Of a DNA stretch of 64,000 nucleotides, positions 37,240-46,047 are shown in pieces. The notes beneath the pieces were generated by a model. It did not search any database, was not told the DNA's origin, and saw only the letters and a list, made by a program, of their open reading frames with translations. Origin of the DNA: Candidatus Spongiisociaceae bacterium. Lineage in GTDB: Bacteria > Actinomycetota > Acidimicrobiia > Spongiisociales > Spongiisociaceae. The DNA is taken from the NCBI GenBank assembly GCA_965213975.1, contig OZ243930.1, forward strand, positions 2,166,390 to 2,230,389, written 5' to 3'. The position numbers and the translations under genes are program-made. Numbering within the stretch: the stretch's first letter is position 1; the number at the start of each line of letters is the position of its first letter.

Positions 37240-38085
37240 TTACCTATTTCTCCTCCGCCGCCGCTTCTTCTTTGACGAACCCTGTGGGCGCGACGGCTTC
37301 GCCCCATCATCCGGTTCCTTAGGTGTTGCTGGTTTCGCCCCGCCACCTGCAGCCTGTGGCCGGCCATCAATCTTGAAAATCAAGAGCTGCTGCAAGGTTC
37401 TAAACACGTTGCTCGTCGCAAAATACAGGTTCAGCCCCGATGGCCAGACATAGGAGATCACCCCGAAAGCTATGGGCAGGATTCGGGTCATCTTCTGCAC
37501 AGCCTCCGCCTGCGGGTTCTGGGAGCTGTTCTGGCTGGGTGGACTCAGCAGCTTCTGCTGCGCGAAACCAGTAAGTACAACCAACCCAACCAAGAGCAGG
37601 TAGGGGACTGTGCTGGTGGCAAACAGCCCGTCTGTTGCGACGACTTCTGACGGTGCCAAGTCCAGGTCCATGCTGAGAAACCGAAGGGCACCTGCGGTCG
37701 CCGCCGCAAACAGCTCCGAATCGACCGGCAGACTGTTTTCGGGATCCCGCAGTACTCGGAAGAGTGCAAACCATACCGGCATCTGAACCAACAACGGAAG
37801 TACGCACCCGAAGGGGCTTACGCCGCGCTCGCGATACAACTCCATCACCTTTTGGTTCATCATCTCCTGGTCGCCCTTGTGTTCTCTTCGAATCCGCTCC
37901 ATCTCGGGTTGGACTTCCTGCATAGCTCGCGTTGATCGAACCTGCTTTAGCGTCAAGGGAAATACCAGTAGATTGACCACGATCGTCAACATAACGATAG
38001 CAAACCCATAGTTCGGGTATAGGTCGTACCAGAAAGATAGAATCCCAGCAAGTAGCGCTAGCAAACCATCCCATAACTGTGTCAC
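37240..38085 (-). CDS. yidC: Membrane protein insertase YidC (short actinobacterial form)
   Basis: The protein shows a conserved YidC/Oxa1 core (...NYGFAIVMLTIVVNLLVFPLTLKQVRS...GCVLPLLVQMPVWFALFRVL...). Confidence 0.9.
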   Translation of the reverse strand: MTQLWDGLLALLAGILSFWYDLYPNYGFAIVMLTIVVNLLVFPLTLKQVRSTRAMQEVQPEMERIRREHKGDQEMMNQKVMELYRERGVSPFGCVLPLLVQMPVWFALFRVLRDPENSLPVDSELFAAATAGALRFLSMDLDLAPSEVVATDGLFATSTVPYLLLVGLVVLTGFAQQKLLSPPSQNSSQNPQAEAVQKMTRILPIAFGVISYVWPSGLNLYFATSNVFRTLQQLLIFKIDGRPQAAGGGAKPATPKEPDDGAKPSRPQGSSKKKRRRRRNR

Positions 38086-38087
38086 CG

Positions 38088-38405
38088 CTACGTCAACTTT
38101 CTATCCGGCACCGGATCATATCCGGCTTTCGACCACGGATGGCACCGACCCAACCTCCTGAGGCCGAGCCATGAACCCCGCCAGAAGCCATGTGCGCCGA
38201 GAGCTTCGTACGTGTAACGCGAACAGGTGGGCAGGAACCGACATGAACTCGGAATCATCGGGCCAACCGTGCTCTGCCACACTCGGATAAGTGCCTGCCC
38301 GACCCGAACAGTCGGGTTGAGAGCCAGCTTGCCCCTCGTTGCGTACTTCACGACGCAGCCAATCGTGAAACCGCCCGGGTAGTGGCGGATTGGACCCACA
38401 CGCAA
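38088..38405 (-). CDS. yidD: Membrane protein insertion efficiency factor YidD
   Basis: The protein contains ...ALIRVWQSTVGPMIPSSCRFLPTCSRYTYEALGAHGFWRGSWLGLRRLGRCHPWSKAGYDPVP. The 5' end overlaps rnpA, and the true start is probably internal. Confidence 0.8.
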   Translation of the reverse strand: MRVGPIRHYPGGFTIGCVVKYATRGKLALNPTVRVGQALIRVWQSTVGPMIPSSCRFLPTCSRYTYEALGAHGFWRGSWLGLRRLGRCHPWSKAGYDPVPDRKLT

Positions 38406-38758
38406 AGTTCCGTGAACGGTGCTTGAACTACCGCTGGTTCAGCCACAATCACAAAATCGAACGGTGTGGGCAGCGACGTTTGGCGCACGGCCGCCCGGAT
38501 TCTCCGTTTGGCGCGATTCCGTACCGCCGCTCCACCTACCCGACGACCGACGGCGAGACCCACCCTGGAACAACCCGACCGGCGACGCCGGGCAACAACG
38601 GTCACACCGCCGCTTCGAGCGCGTCTGCCCCGACGGAACACTTCAGTAAATTGGCGGCTGGTCTTGAGGCTCCGCGTCGCTTGCGATGGACGTTTACTGA
38701 CCTCGCCCGAGGCCGGAAGCGGTCTCTCGTTCATCTGCAAACTTCGGTCCCTTTCCAC
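38348..38758 (-). CDS. rnpA: Ribonuclease P protein component
   Basis: The protein contains ...FTEVFRRGRRARSGGVTVVARRR...VGLAVGRRVGGAAVRNRAKRRIRAAV..., which matches the RnpA signature. The start is uncertain. Confidence 0.8.
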   Translation of the reverse strand: MERDRSLQMNERPLPASGEVSKRPSQATRSLKTSRQFTEVFRRGRRARSGGVTVVARRRRSGCSRVGLAVGRRVGGAAVRNRAKRRIRAAVRQTSLPTPFDFVIVAEPAVVQAPFTELCVWVQSATTRAVSRLAAS

Positions 38759-38901
38759 TTCACCGTCGCGTCGACACCCCCAATGCGGGACCTAAGAGAC
38801 ACTCCCGAAACCCGGACGGTTCGCTCGCGTCTCTGGTCTTCGGAATAACCGAACACCGAAATCACGCTAGGGCACGACGGCCGAGATGTCACCCGATCCG
38901 G

Positions 38902-39036
38902 CTAGACCGTGAGCTGGCGACGTCCCTTTCGGCGTCGCCTCTTCAGGACCGCGCGACCCTGCCTAGTACGGTTACGCAAACGAAAGCCGTGCTTACGCTT
39001 TCTCTTGCGATTCTTGGGTTGGTAGGTGCGCTTCAT
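38902..39036 (-). CDS. rpmH: 50S ribosomal protein L34
   Basis: The protein reads [44 protein letters not shown] (44 aa). The upstream in-frame extension of the ORF is not L34. Confidence 0.95.
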   Translation of the reverse strand: MKRTYQPKNRKRKRKHGFRLRNRTRQGRAVLKRRRRKGRRQLTV

Positions 39037-39484
39037 CAGGACCCCATTTCGAGTGACTGGCCGAGGTGGCGCGAGGTCTGCGTGCTTGCGTTCCCCGAGC
39101 ACCGAGGTGCTGCCCTGCAAGCCTCCGTGAGGTATACCAAACCCTACGAGCATCGTCGCGGTTTTGCAAAGATCGACTCAGGCAGGGCGCAGGCGCTGCG
39201 GGCAGGAATAAGAGTAACAAAACAACCGCACATAAGCGGGAAAAACGGCCTCGCCACTTCTAGGCCGTCTCGATTGGACGTGTGACACGCCCCTGATTAG
39301 GCGTTTTATGGCTTCTCTGACGGCTGAAGTTTGCCGGTGCGACCAGCCATCGGCAAAGGTCAGGTGGGGAACCTGCCTTCTATTGTTAGGCCCACTGAGG
39401 GACACCGGGTACGGAGTCCCAGGAGCGTTACATACACCACCGCGCCAGACAGCCGAGCCGATCCGAGGGGTCGGTCCCGAAGAA

Positions 39485-40945
39485 ATGCCGAAGTCCTCAC
39501 CTTTTCCACACTTGTGGACAACGTTGTGGGCAACTTGTCGAGCGCTTAGTGCCGAATGGAGAGGAGGGGCTTTGGCTACCGAGTTGGCTGAACAGCACGC
39601 TGATACCAAGGGCAACTTCCCCAGCGTGCTCCGGGCTGGCGTCGGTACCGGCAACTGGCACAAGTGGTTTGCTTCAGTTGACCACAAGCTTGTCGACGGC
39701 ACGCTGTACGTAATCGCGCCATCCGAGTTTCACATCCGATGGCTTCGTACCAACTATCACGTTGACATCGCAGAAGCCAGTCGGGCCATCTATGGCCCGG
39801 GCGTCATGGTCAAGTACGTCGTATCCGAACGACCGACCGTCTTCAAGCCGGAACCAACCCCACCTCCGCCCGGCTCCACCTCCCCCGCCCCGCAACCAGA
39901 GTATCGCGGGTGCAATCTTTCGGACTCCAAGGGATTCCTTGACAAGTACGTGTTTGACACGTTCGTGGTGGGCCGATCCAACCAACTCGCGCTCGCCGCC
40001 GCTAAGCGCGTGTCCGAAGGTCCAGGTCTCAACTACAACCCGCTCTTCATATACGGCAGCGCAGGGCTGGGGAAAACACACCTGCTGCATGCCATCCGTC
40101 ACGATATCCAAACGACGCAACCCGAAGCCACGGTCCGCTACATGACTTCCGAGAACTTCTTCAACGACTTTGTCGACGGTATACGGAACAAGCGAATGGA
40201 TTCTTTTAAGAACCGTTATCGTACGATCGATGTACTTCTATTGGACGATATACAGTTTTTCGAGGGTAAAGAACAGGTGCTTGAGGAACTGTTTCACACT
40301 TTCGACTCCCTATACGAACTCGGACACCAGATGGTTCTCTCCTGCGACCGACCACCTAAGGATCTCGGGATAGAAGAACGCCTCCGTTCCCGCTTCCAGT
40401 GGGGCCTCCTCATAGACATAGGCCCTCCTGACTTAGAGACCCGCCTCGCCATTCTGCGGCGCAACGCCGACCTGTACGCACCCGTTGTAGTACCGGACGA
40501 CGTTATTGATTTCATTGCGCGACATATCACAAACAACGTTAGAGAGCTCGAAGGGGCGCTCACCCGCATCACGGCTTGTGCGGCCCTCACCCGCCAACAG
40601 ATCACTCTTGGCCTGGCTGAAGCCGAGCTACGCGACCTCATCCCTCAACAGCGGGCTACCCCCACCGGACCGGACATCCTCAAGCTGGTCGCTACGACAT
40701 ACGGTCTTACCCTTGCCGACATCCAAGGGTCCTCACGCACTCAACCGCTTGCCACCCACCGGCAGATCGCCATGTACTTGTGTCGGGAACTAACTGATCT
40801 CTCCCTCCCCAAGATCGGCCGGCTCTTCGGAGGACGCGACCACACCACGATCATCCATGGAATCAACAAGATCAAGAAGCTGATTGGCTCCGATCCGGAG
40901 ATGGCCCGACAGGTGTCACACCTGTCGAATAATCTGTGGAAATGA
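39485..40945 (+). CDS. dnaA: Chromosomal replication initiator protein DnaA
   Basis: The AAA+ core reads ...NPLFIYGSAGLGKTHLLHAI.... The C-terminal HTH reads ...IAMYLCRELTDLSLPKIGRLFGGRDHTTIIHGINKI. The start is ambiguous: candidates are ATG 39485, TTG 39572 with a GGAGG SD, and the ORF is open from 39308. Two DnaA boxes (TGTGGACAA, TGTGGGCAA) lie at 39513-39533. Confidence 0.9.
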   Translation: MPKSSPFPHLWTTLWATCRALSAEWRGGALATELAEQHADTKGNFPSVLRAGVGTGNWHKWFASVDHKLVDGTLYVIAPSEFHIRWLRTNYHVDIAEASRAIYGPGVMVKYVVSERPTVFKPEPTPPPPGSTSPAPQPEYRGCNLSDSKGFLDKYVFDTFVVGRSNQLALAAAKRVSEGPGLNYNPLFIYGSAGLGKTHLLHAIRHDIQTTQPEATVRYMTSENFFNDFVDGIRNKRMDSFKNRYRTIDVLLLDDIQFFEGKEQVLEELFHTFDSLYELGHQMVLSCDRPPKDLGIEERLRSRFQWGLLIDIGPPDLETRLAILRRNADLYAPVVVPDDVIDFIARHITNNVRELEGALTRITACAALTRQQITLGLAEAELRDLIPQQRATPTGPDILKLVATTYGLTLADIQGSSRTQPLATHRQIAMYLCRELTDLSLPKIGRLFGGRDHTTIIHGINKIKKLIGSDPEMARQVSHLSNNLWK

Positions 40946-41233
40946 CCAGTCTTGTCCCCAGCCATGGCTCCGCGTCCCCTACTGCCTGGGTAAAACCGAT
41001 GTACTTATCCACCCTGCGTCAGCACAACCAGAGCGAGAAGGAGCGGTCATTTCCTCGCCTCCAGGATCACCTCACAAACCCTGCTTTACCTGCGATTACG
41101 TGCACTCGACGGGTACCCGCCTCTGTAGCTGTACCGCAGTTGCTCGGACTCCTCTATCCACATTTCCCCGCGCCTACTACTACGACTAATAAAGAAGAAA
41201 GAACTAGAAGTCACTCTAGGGAGGGAGATTGCT
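40946..41233. other. oriC: Chromosomal replication origin (oriC), dnaA-dnaN intergenic type
   Basis: DnaA-box-like 9-mers are TTGTCCCCA (40949-40957), TTATCCACC (40996-41004) and CTATCCACA (41153-41161). An AT-rich stretch at 41175-41222 (CTACTACTACGACTAATAAAGAAGAAAGAACTAGAAG) is a plausible DNA-unwinding element (DUE). The context is the conserved dnaA-dnaN arrangement. Confidence 0.7.
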
Positions 41234-42319
41234 GTGCATATCCGAGCTGATCGGGAAGAGCTAGCCGACGCGTTCGCGCGAGCAAGTCGGGGAACTGGTC
41301 TCCGAACTGCCCTTCCGATCCTCCAGGGCCTGAAATGCGAGACTTCGGACGACCGCCTCGAAATCACTGGGAGCGACACGGAGGTCACCGTCCGGACGTC
41401 GGTGGCCGTGGACGTCAAGGAGCAAGGCAGCTTCGTTGCTCCGGGTCGCTTGATAACCGACGTGATACGAAAGATGCCGGATGGCGCGGTGACAATACGA
41501 TCTTCGGACCAGGAAGTGGAGGTGAGCGGCAACGGCCCGAGCTACAGGATACGCTGCCTCAGCCTTGACGAATACCCGACGTTGCCGAAGCCCAGTCTGA
41601 ACGGAGCTATCGAGATCGATGGAGCGACCCTTCTTGAGGCTCTCGGCCAAGTGCTGGTGGCCGCCTCCAACGACGCCTCGCGACCGATCTTGACCGGGGT
41701 GTTGCTTGAAGATTATGAAGACGGACTTCGCTTGGTAGCTACTGATAGTTATCGATTAGCGGTCCGGAACTTGCCGGGCCAGAGCATCCACCAATCGGCA
41801 TTGATCCCGGCTCGGGGCCTAAAGGAGCTAGCGCGCACGATCGCGTCGGAACGCATCAGGCTGGCGATTCAAGAGCGGGAAGTCGTATTCGGGTCAGACA
41901 AGGGCACACTGAGCCTCCGACTTATCGAAGGTACTTTCCCCAACTATCGGCAACTTCTCCCTGATGACCATCCGGGCTTGTTGAAGATCCGCAAGGGGCC
42001 GACCCTTGACTCGATCGGGCGCTGCGCTCTGCTGGCGGATGATCATATTCCCGTACGTTTGCAGGTGTCGAGCGAGGGAATCAGGATGTCGGTGCAGAGA
42101 AGCGACCTGGGCGGAGGCGGGGAGGAACTGGAAGCTGAGTTAACCGGCGAGCTTGACGATCTTGAGATCGCCTTTAACTGGCGATACCTGCAGGAGGGCC
42201 TTTCCGCCACCAGAGGAGACGAGGTGCTGATCGAGATCAAGAACAGTACCCGGCCTAGCCTGATCCGGGGGGCGGATGATGCGGAGTTCCTTTATCTGTT
42301 GATGCCGGTTCGCATCTGA
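41234..42319 (+). CDS. dnaN: DNA polymerase III beta sliding clamp
   Basis: The 361-aa protein has three clamp domains. It begins with a GTG start preceded by a GGGAGGGAG SD. Confidence 0.9.
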   Translation: MHIRADREELADAFARASRGTGLRTALPILQGLKCETSDDRLEITGSDTEVTVRTSVAVDVKEQGSFVAPGRLITDVIRKMPDGAVTIRSSDQEVEVSGNGPSYRIRCLSLDEYPTLPKPSLNGAIEIDGATLLEALGQVLVAASNDASRPILTGVLLEDYEDGLRLVATDSYRLAVRNLPGQSIHQSALIPARGLKELARTIASERIRLAIQEREVVFGSDKGTLSLRLIEGTFPNYRQLLPDDHPGLLKIRKGPTLDSIGRCALLADDHIPVRLQVSSEGIRMSVQRSDLGGGGEELEAELTGELDDLEIAFNWRYLQEGLSATRGDEVLIEIKNSTRPSLIRGADDAEFLYLLMPVRI

Positions 42320-42344
42320 CAACCACCGGACACAGCCTCAGCAG

Positions 42345-43439
42345 ATGCGCCTGGTCTGGATGACGATCAGCGACTTTCGAAGCTACCGAGAACTTCGCTG
42401 GACACCGCATCCGGGTGTCAACATCATCTCCGGGCCGAATGCCTCAGGCAAGAGCAACCTCCTTGAAGCTATCGGTTACCTAGCTTGCCTTCGGTCTTTT
42501 CGAGGGGCAAAGGACTCGGTTCTTATTCGTCAGGACGCGGAGAGTGCGGTTGTACGAGGAGAGATCCAGACCGGGGCCGACACCACGTTAATAGAAGTGG
42601 AGCTAAGTCGAGATCGAGCTAGGCGCGCCCAACTCAACGGTTCCCGCCTGGCACGGGTAGCGGATCTCTCGGGCAAGGTGAGCGCGATTGCGTTTCTTCC
42701 GGATGATCTCGCGCTGGTCAAAGACGGTCCGGCTTTACGCCGAGGTTTGCTGGACTCGGTTGCGGTGATGCTCTGGCCGGTGGCACATCGTGACCAGCGA
42801 GAATACGAACGGGCGCTACGGCAGCGGAATATGCTGCTCAGGCAGATGGGGAGGCGTACCGATCCCGTCACCCTCGATGTGTGGGACGAGCGCTTAAGCC
42901 GAGCCGGCGGTCGGCTCATGGAACGTCGCATGGCGTGTGTAGACACCTTGGCCACCCATACCACCGAGGCGTATCGGGACCTATCTGGTGGGCCGGGAAG
43001 GGTCGCTATCAAGTACCGATCGGTGTGGGGCGGGGACTCGGTCAAGGGCCGGGAGCATTGGGAGGGAACACTGCGGGATGCGCTGGCCGGTTCACGGTCC
43101 ATGGATATGGACCGACGGGTCTCCACCGTCGGTCTACATCGTGATCATGTTGATCTCATGCTGGACGATCGTAATTCCCGCACGCACGCAAGTCAGGGAG
43201 AACAACGAACCCTCACCCTCGCATTACGGCTTGCAACCCACCGAGCGGTGGAACAGAAAGTAGGCCATTCGCCGGTTTTGATCCTTGATGATGTCTTCTC
43301 GGAGTTGGACCGGGAGAGATGTGACGCCCTGTCTCGGCACCTACCTGAAGCCCAGACCTTTATCTCCTCCGCTCGCCAAGAGGACGTCTCTCTGCCGTCC
43401 GGTCGACGTTGGACGATGAATAAGTCCGGTTTGGTGTGA
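42345..43439 (+). CDS. recF: DNA replication and repair protein RecF
   Basis: The N-terminus reads ISGPNASGKSNLLEAIG (Walker A). The C-terminus has an SMC-like signature (...LILDDVFSELD). Confidence 0.9.
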   Translation: MRLVWMTISDFRSYRELRWTPHPGVNIISGPNASGKSNLLEAIGYLACLRSFRGAKDSVLIRQDAESAVVRGEIQTGADTTLIEVELSRDRARRAQLNGSRLARVADLSGKVSAIAFLPDDLALVKDGPALRRGLLDSVAVMLWPVAHRDQREYERALRQRNMLLRQMGRRTDPVTLDVWDERLSRAGGRLMERRMACVDTLATHTTEAYRDLSGGPGRVAIKYRSVWGGDSVKGREHWEGTLRDALAGSRSMDMDRRVSTVGLHRDHVDLMLDDRNSRTHASQGEQRTLTLALRLATHRAVEQKVGHSPVLILDDVFSELDRERCDALSRHLPEAQTFISSARQEDVSLPSGRRWTMNKSGLV

Positions 43440-43957
43440 CCAGGGGTTCGGGTCAAACCAGAGGGACCGAGGAACCAGCCGCTCTCGCCCCGCCTTCTCG
43501 GTCTGACCGCTTCCGACAGCTCGCCGCCCAGTTTCCCTACCTACCATCCGAAGCTATCCGCCGCCTTGCCGACCAAGAGGCTGTGGGCCGCGAGGCGGGG
43601 ATCAAACGGCTCAGTTCGTTGAAGGCGCAGCGAGAGCGTTCGGGTGAGGACATGGCTGAGCTTCGGCATCTGACGTTGGCAATGCTGGCCAGGTACGGCT
43701 TTGACCGGGAGGAACTGGATCGCTTCTACGAATTGCGGGAAGGTTGGCCCGAACTGTCCGGCCCACAATGGTCTTCCCATTCCCGTCCGAAATGGCTACG
43801 TAAAGGGGAGCTGGTGGTCGAGGCCACCAACCGACGCATGGTGCCGTCCCTGCGCAATGATGCGGGACAGCTGCGGAAGAGGATAAACCAGCGGCTGGGA
43901 CGCTCACTCATCGTGTCGGTACGGGTGGTTGGCCCACCTTGGCGCGTTGGTGACTAG
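43436..43957 (+). CDS. DUF721 (DciA-like) protein, conserved downstream of recF in Actinobacteria
   Basis: The 173-aa protein overlaps the recF stop. Its C-terminus reads ...KGELVVEATNRRMVPSLRNDAGQLRKRINQRLGRSLIVSVRV. Confidence 0.75.
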   Translation: MTRGSGQTRGTEEPAALAPPSRSDRFRQLAAQFPYLPSEAIRRLADQEAVGREAGIKRLSSLKAQRERSGEDMAELRHLTLAMLARYGFDREELDRFYELREGWPELSGPQWSSHSRPKWLRKGELVVEATNRRMVPSLRNDAGQLRKRINQRLGRSLIVSVRVVGPPWRVGD

Positions 43958-44028
43958 GGGCTCGGGAAAGGACGGTTAACTTTGGCAAAAGGGCAGGTAA
44001 AGAGCGATTTTACCAACTCGGCTGATAG

Positions 44029-46026
44029 TTGGTTTCAGGACATTTTGCTAGTAGACTGCATCATGCTGGGAGATACTCGCCCAGCGGGCCGCGCCCTCTT
44101 CGAGTTGACGAAGGAAACCTCTTGATTCCAGAACGAGCTTCAAGCTATGGCGCGAGCGACATCAAGGTCTTGCCCGGCCTCGAGGCGGTCCGTCACCGCC
44201 CAGGGATGTACATCGGGACCACTGGACCGAAGGGCCTGCACCATCTGATCTGGGAGGTGGTGGACAACTCTGTTGACGAGGCGATGGCCGGACACGCGAG
44301 CAGCATAAACGTGGTCCTCGGCGCTGACGGTAGCTGTCGGGTTGAGGATGACGGCCGGGGAATTCCGGTATCTCGTCACAGCCAGACCAAGAAGTCGGCG
44401 CTAACCACAGTCCTTACCACCCTGCATGCGGGAGGCAAGTTTGAGGAGGGTGCGTACACGGTGTCCGGCGGCCTGCACGGAGTGGGCGTCTCAGTAGTGA
44501 ACGCGCTATCCGCGCGGTTCGTATCTGAGGTGGCAAGGGACGGGTTTCAATGGTCCCAATCGTTCGTACAGGGCAAGGAGACCGGGCCGGTGAGAAAAGG
44601 GTCTCCGTCGGCGAAGACCGGAACCACGATCACCTTCTGGGCTGATCCCGAGATTTTTGGCGACAACACTCGGTTCAAGTCCGCCACTGTCGCCCAACGC
44701 CTCCGCGAGTTGGCCTTTCTGAATAAGGGACTCTCCTTAAGCCTGGTTGAAGAAGAAGCCGATACGAAGACAGATTTCCGTTACAACGGCGGCCTCCGTG
44801 ACTTCGTCATGTATCTGAACCAACGCCGTGACCCTCTCCATGGGCGAATTCTCTATCTCGAAGATGTTGGGCAGGATGCTGAGTTGCAGGTGGCCCTTCA
44901 ATGGACCAACTCCTATAACGAGAACTTCCTCAGCTTTGCCAACAACATCAACACTCACGAGGGAGGAACCCATGAGGAGGGGTTCCGCACCGCCCTTACC
45001 CGATCCATAAACGATTTTGCCCGTTCTAAGGGACTTCTTAAGGACAGGGATCCCAACCTAAGCGGCGAGGATGTGCGCGAAGGCTTGACCGCGGTCCTCT
45101 CCATCAAGGTCAGGAATCCCCAGTTCGAGGGACAGACGAAGACGAAGCTCGGAAATACCGAGATCCGGAGCTACGTTCTCAAGACGCTGAACCGGATGCT
45201 CCCGGAATGGTTGGAGCGCTACTCGGGAGATGCTCGCCGGATCATCCAGAAGGCCCGTGCCGCTCAGCACGCCCGAGAAGCGGCGCGCAAGGCTAGGGAC
45301 GTGATCAGGCGCAAGTCGCTCCTTGATTCGTCGCGGCTTCCAGGGAAGCTGGTTGACTGCTCCTCCCGTGATCCCTCGATCGCCGAGCTGTTCATCGTCG
45401 AGGGAGACTCGGCGGCCGGTCCCGCTAAGAACGGTCGGGATTCCATGTACCAGGCGGTTCTCCCGATTCGGGGGAAGATCTTGAATGTAGAGAAGGCACG
45501 TCTCGCCAGGGCCCTCCAAAACAAGGAAATTCAGGCGCTGATCACCGCTATCGGAACTGGGATCGGTGAGGATTTCACCATCGATAAGGCACGCTATCAC
45601 AAGGTGATCCTCTTGACCGACGCCGATGTGGACGGTGCCCACATCCGAACTCTTCTCCTGACGTTCTTCTTCCGTCACATGCGTCCGCTGATCGAAGCCG
45701 GGTATGTGTACATTGCCGTCCCGCCCTTGTACCGGGTCAAGATCGGTCGCAAAGTCCGTTACCTGGCGGACGACGGGGAGCTGGCACGTCTGAGAGAAAG
45801 CCATCCCAAGGCTCGGCCCACCCGCTTCAAGGGCTTGGGGGAGATGAACGACTCGGAACTCGGCGAGACGGCACTCCGTCCCGAGTCTCGAACCCTGGTC
45901 CAAGTGGAGATGGACGATGCGTCCTCGGCCGACGAGATCTTCTCGATCCTTATGGGGGGTGATGTGGCGGCCCGCAAGGAGTTCATTCAGAAAAACGCTG
46001 ACGATGTCCGATTTCTGGACATCTGA
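44029..46026 (+). CDS. gyrB: DNA gyrase subunit B
   Basis: The protein has GHKL ATPase, TOPRIM and tail domains. The ORF starts with TTG at 44029; an alternative TTG at 44122 lies just before the conserved SYGASDIKVLEGLEAVR start. Confidence 0.95.
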   Translation: MVSGHFASRLHHAGRYSPSGPRPLRVDEGNLLIPERASSYGASDIKVLPGLEAVRHRPGMYIGTTGPKGLHHLIWEVVDNSVDEAMAGHASSINVVLGADGSCRVEDDGRGIPVSRHSQTKKSALTTVLTTLHAGGKFEEGAYTVSGGLHGVGVSVVNALSARFVSEVARDGFQWSQSFVQGKETGPVRKGSPSAKTGTTITFWADPEIFGDNTRFKSATVAQRLRELAFLNKGLSLSLVEEEADTKTDFRYNGGLRDFVMYLNQRRDPLHGRILYLEDVGQDAELQVALQWTNSYNENFLSFANNINTHEGGTHEEGFRTALTRSINDFARSKGLLKDRDPNLSGEDVREGLTAVLSIKVRNPQFEGQTKTKLGNTEIRSYVLKTLNRMLPEWLERYSGDARRIIQKARAAQHAREAARKARDVIRRKSLLDSSRLPGKLVDCSSRDPSIAELFIVEGDSAAGPAKNGRDSMYQAVLPIRGKILNVEKARLARALQNKEIQALITAIGTGIGEDFTIDKARYHKVILLTDADVDGAHIRTLLLTFFFRHMRPLIEAGYVYIAVPPLYRVKIGRKVRYLADDGELARLRESHPKARPTRFKGLGEMNDSELGETALRPESRTLVQVEMDDASSADEIFSILMGGDVAARKEFIQKNADDVRFLDI

Positions 46027-46047
46027 CCCGACAAGACGAAGGCGAAC

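Noticed and set aside
39037-39484. Second oriC half (DnaA-box cluster) in the rpmH-dnaA spacer
   Set aside because: Only the two boxes at 39513-39533 are convincing. The rest of the spacer lacks TTGTCCACA-like 9-mers by eye. It is treated as the dnaA promoter or autoregulatory region rather than a bipartite origin.
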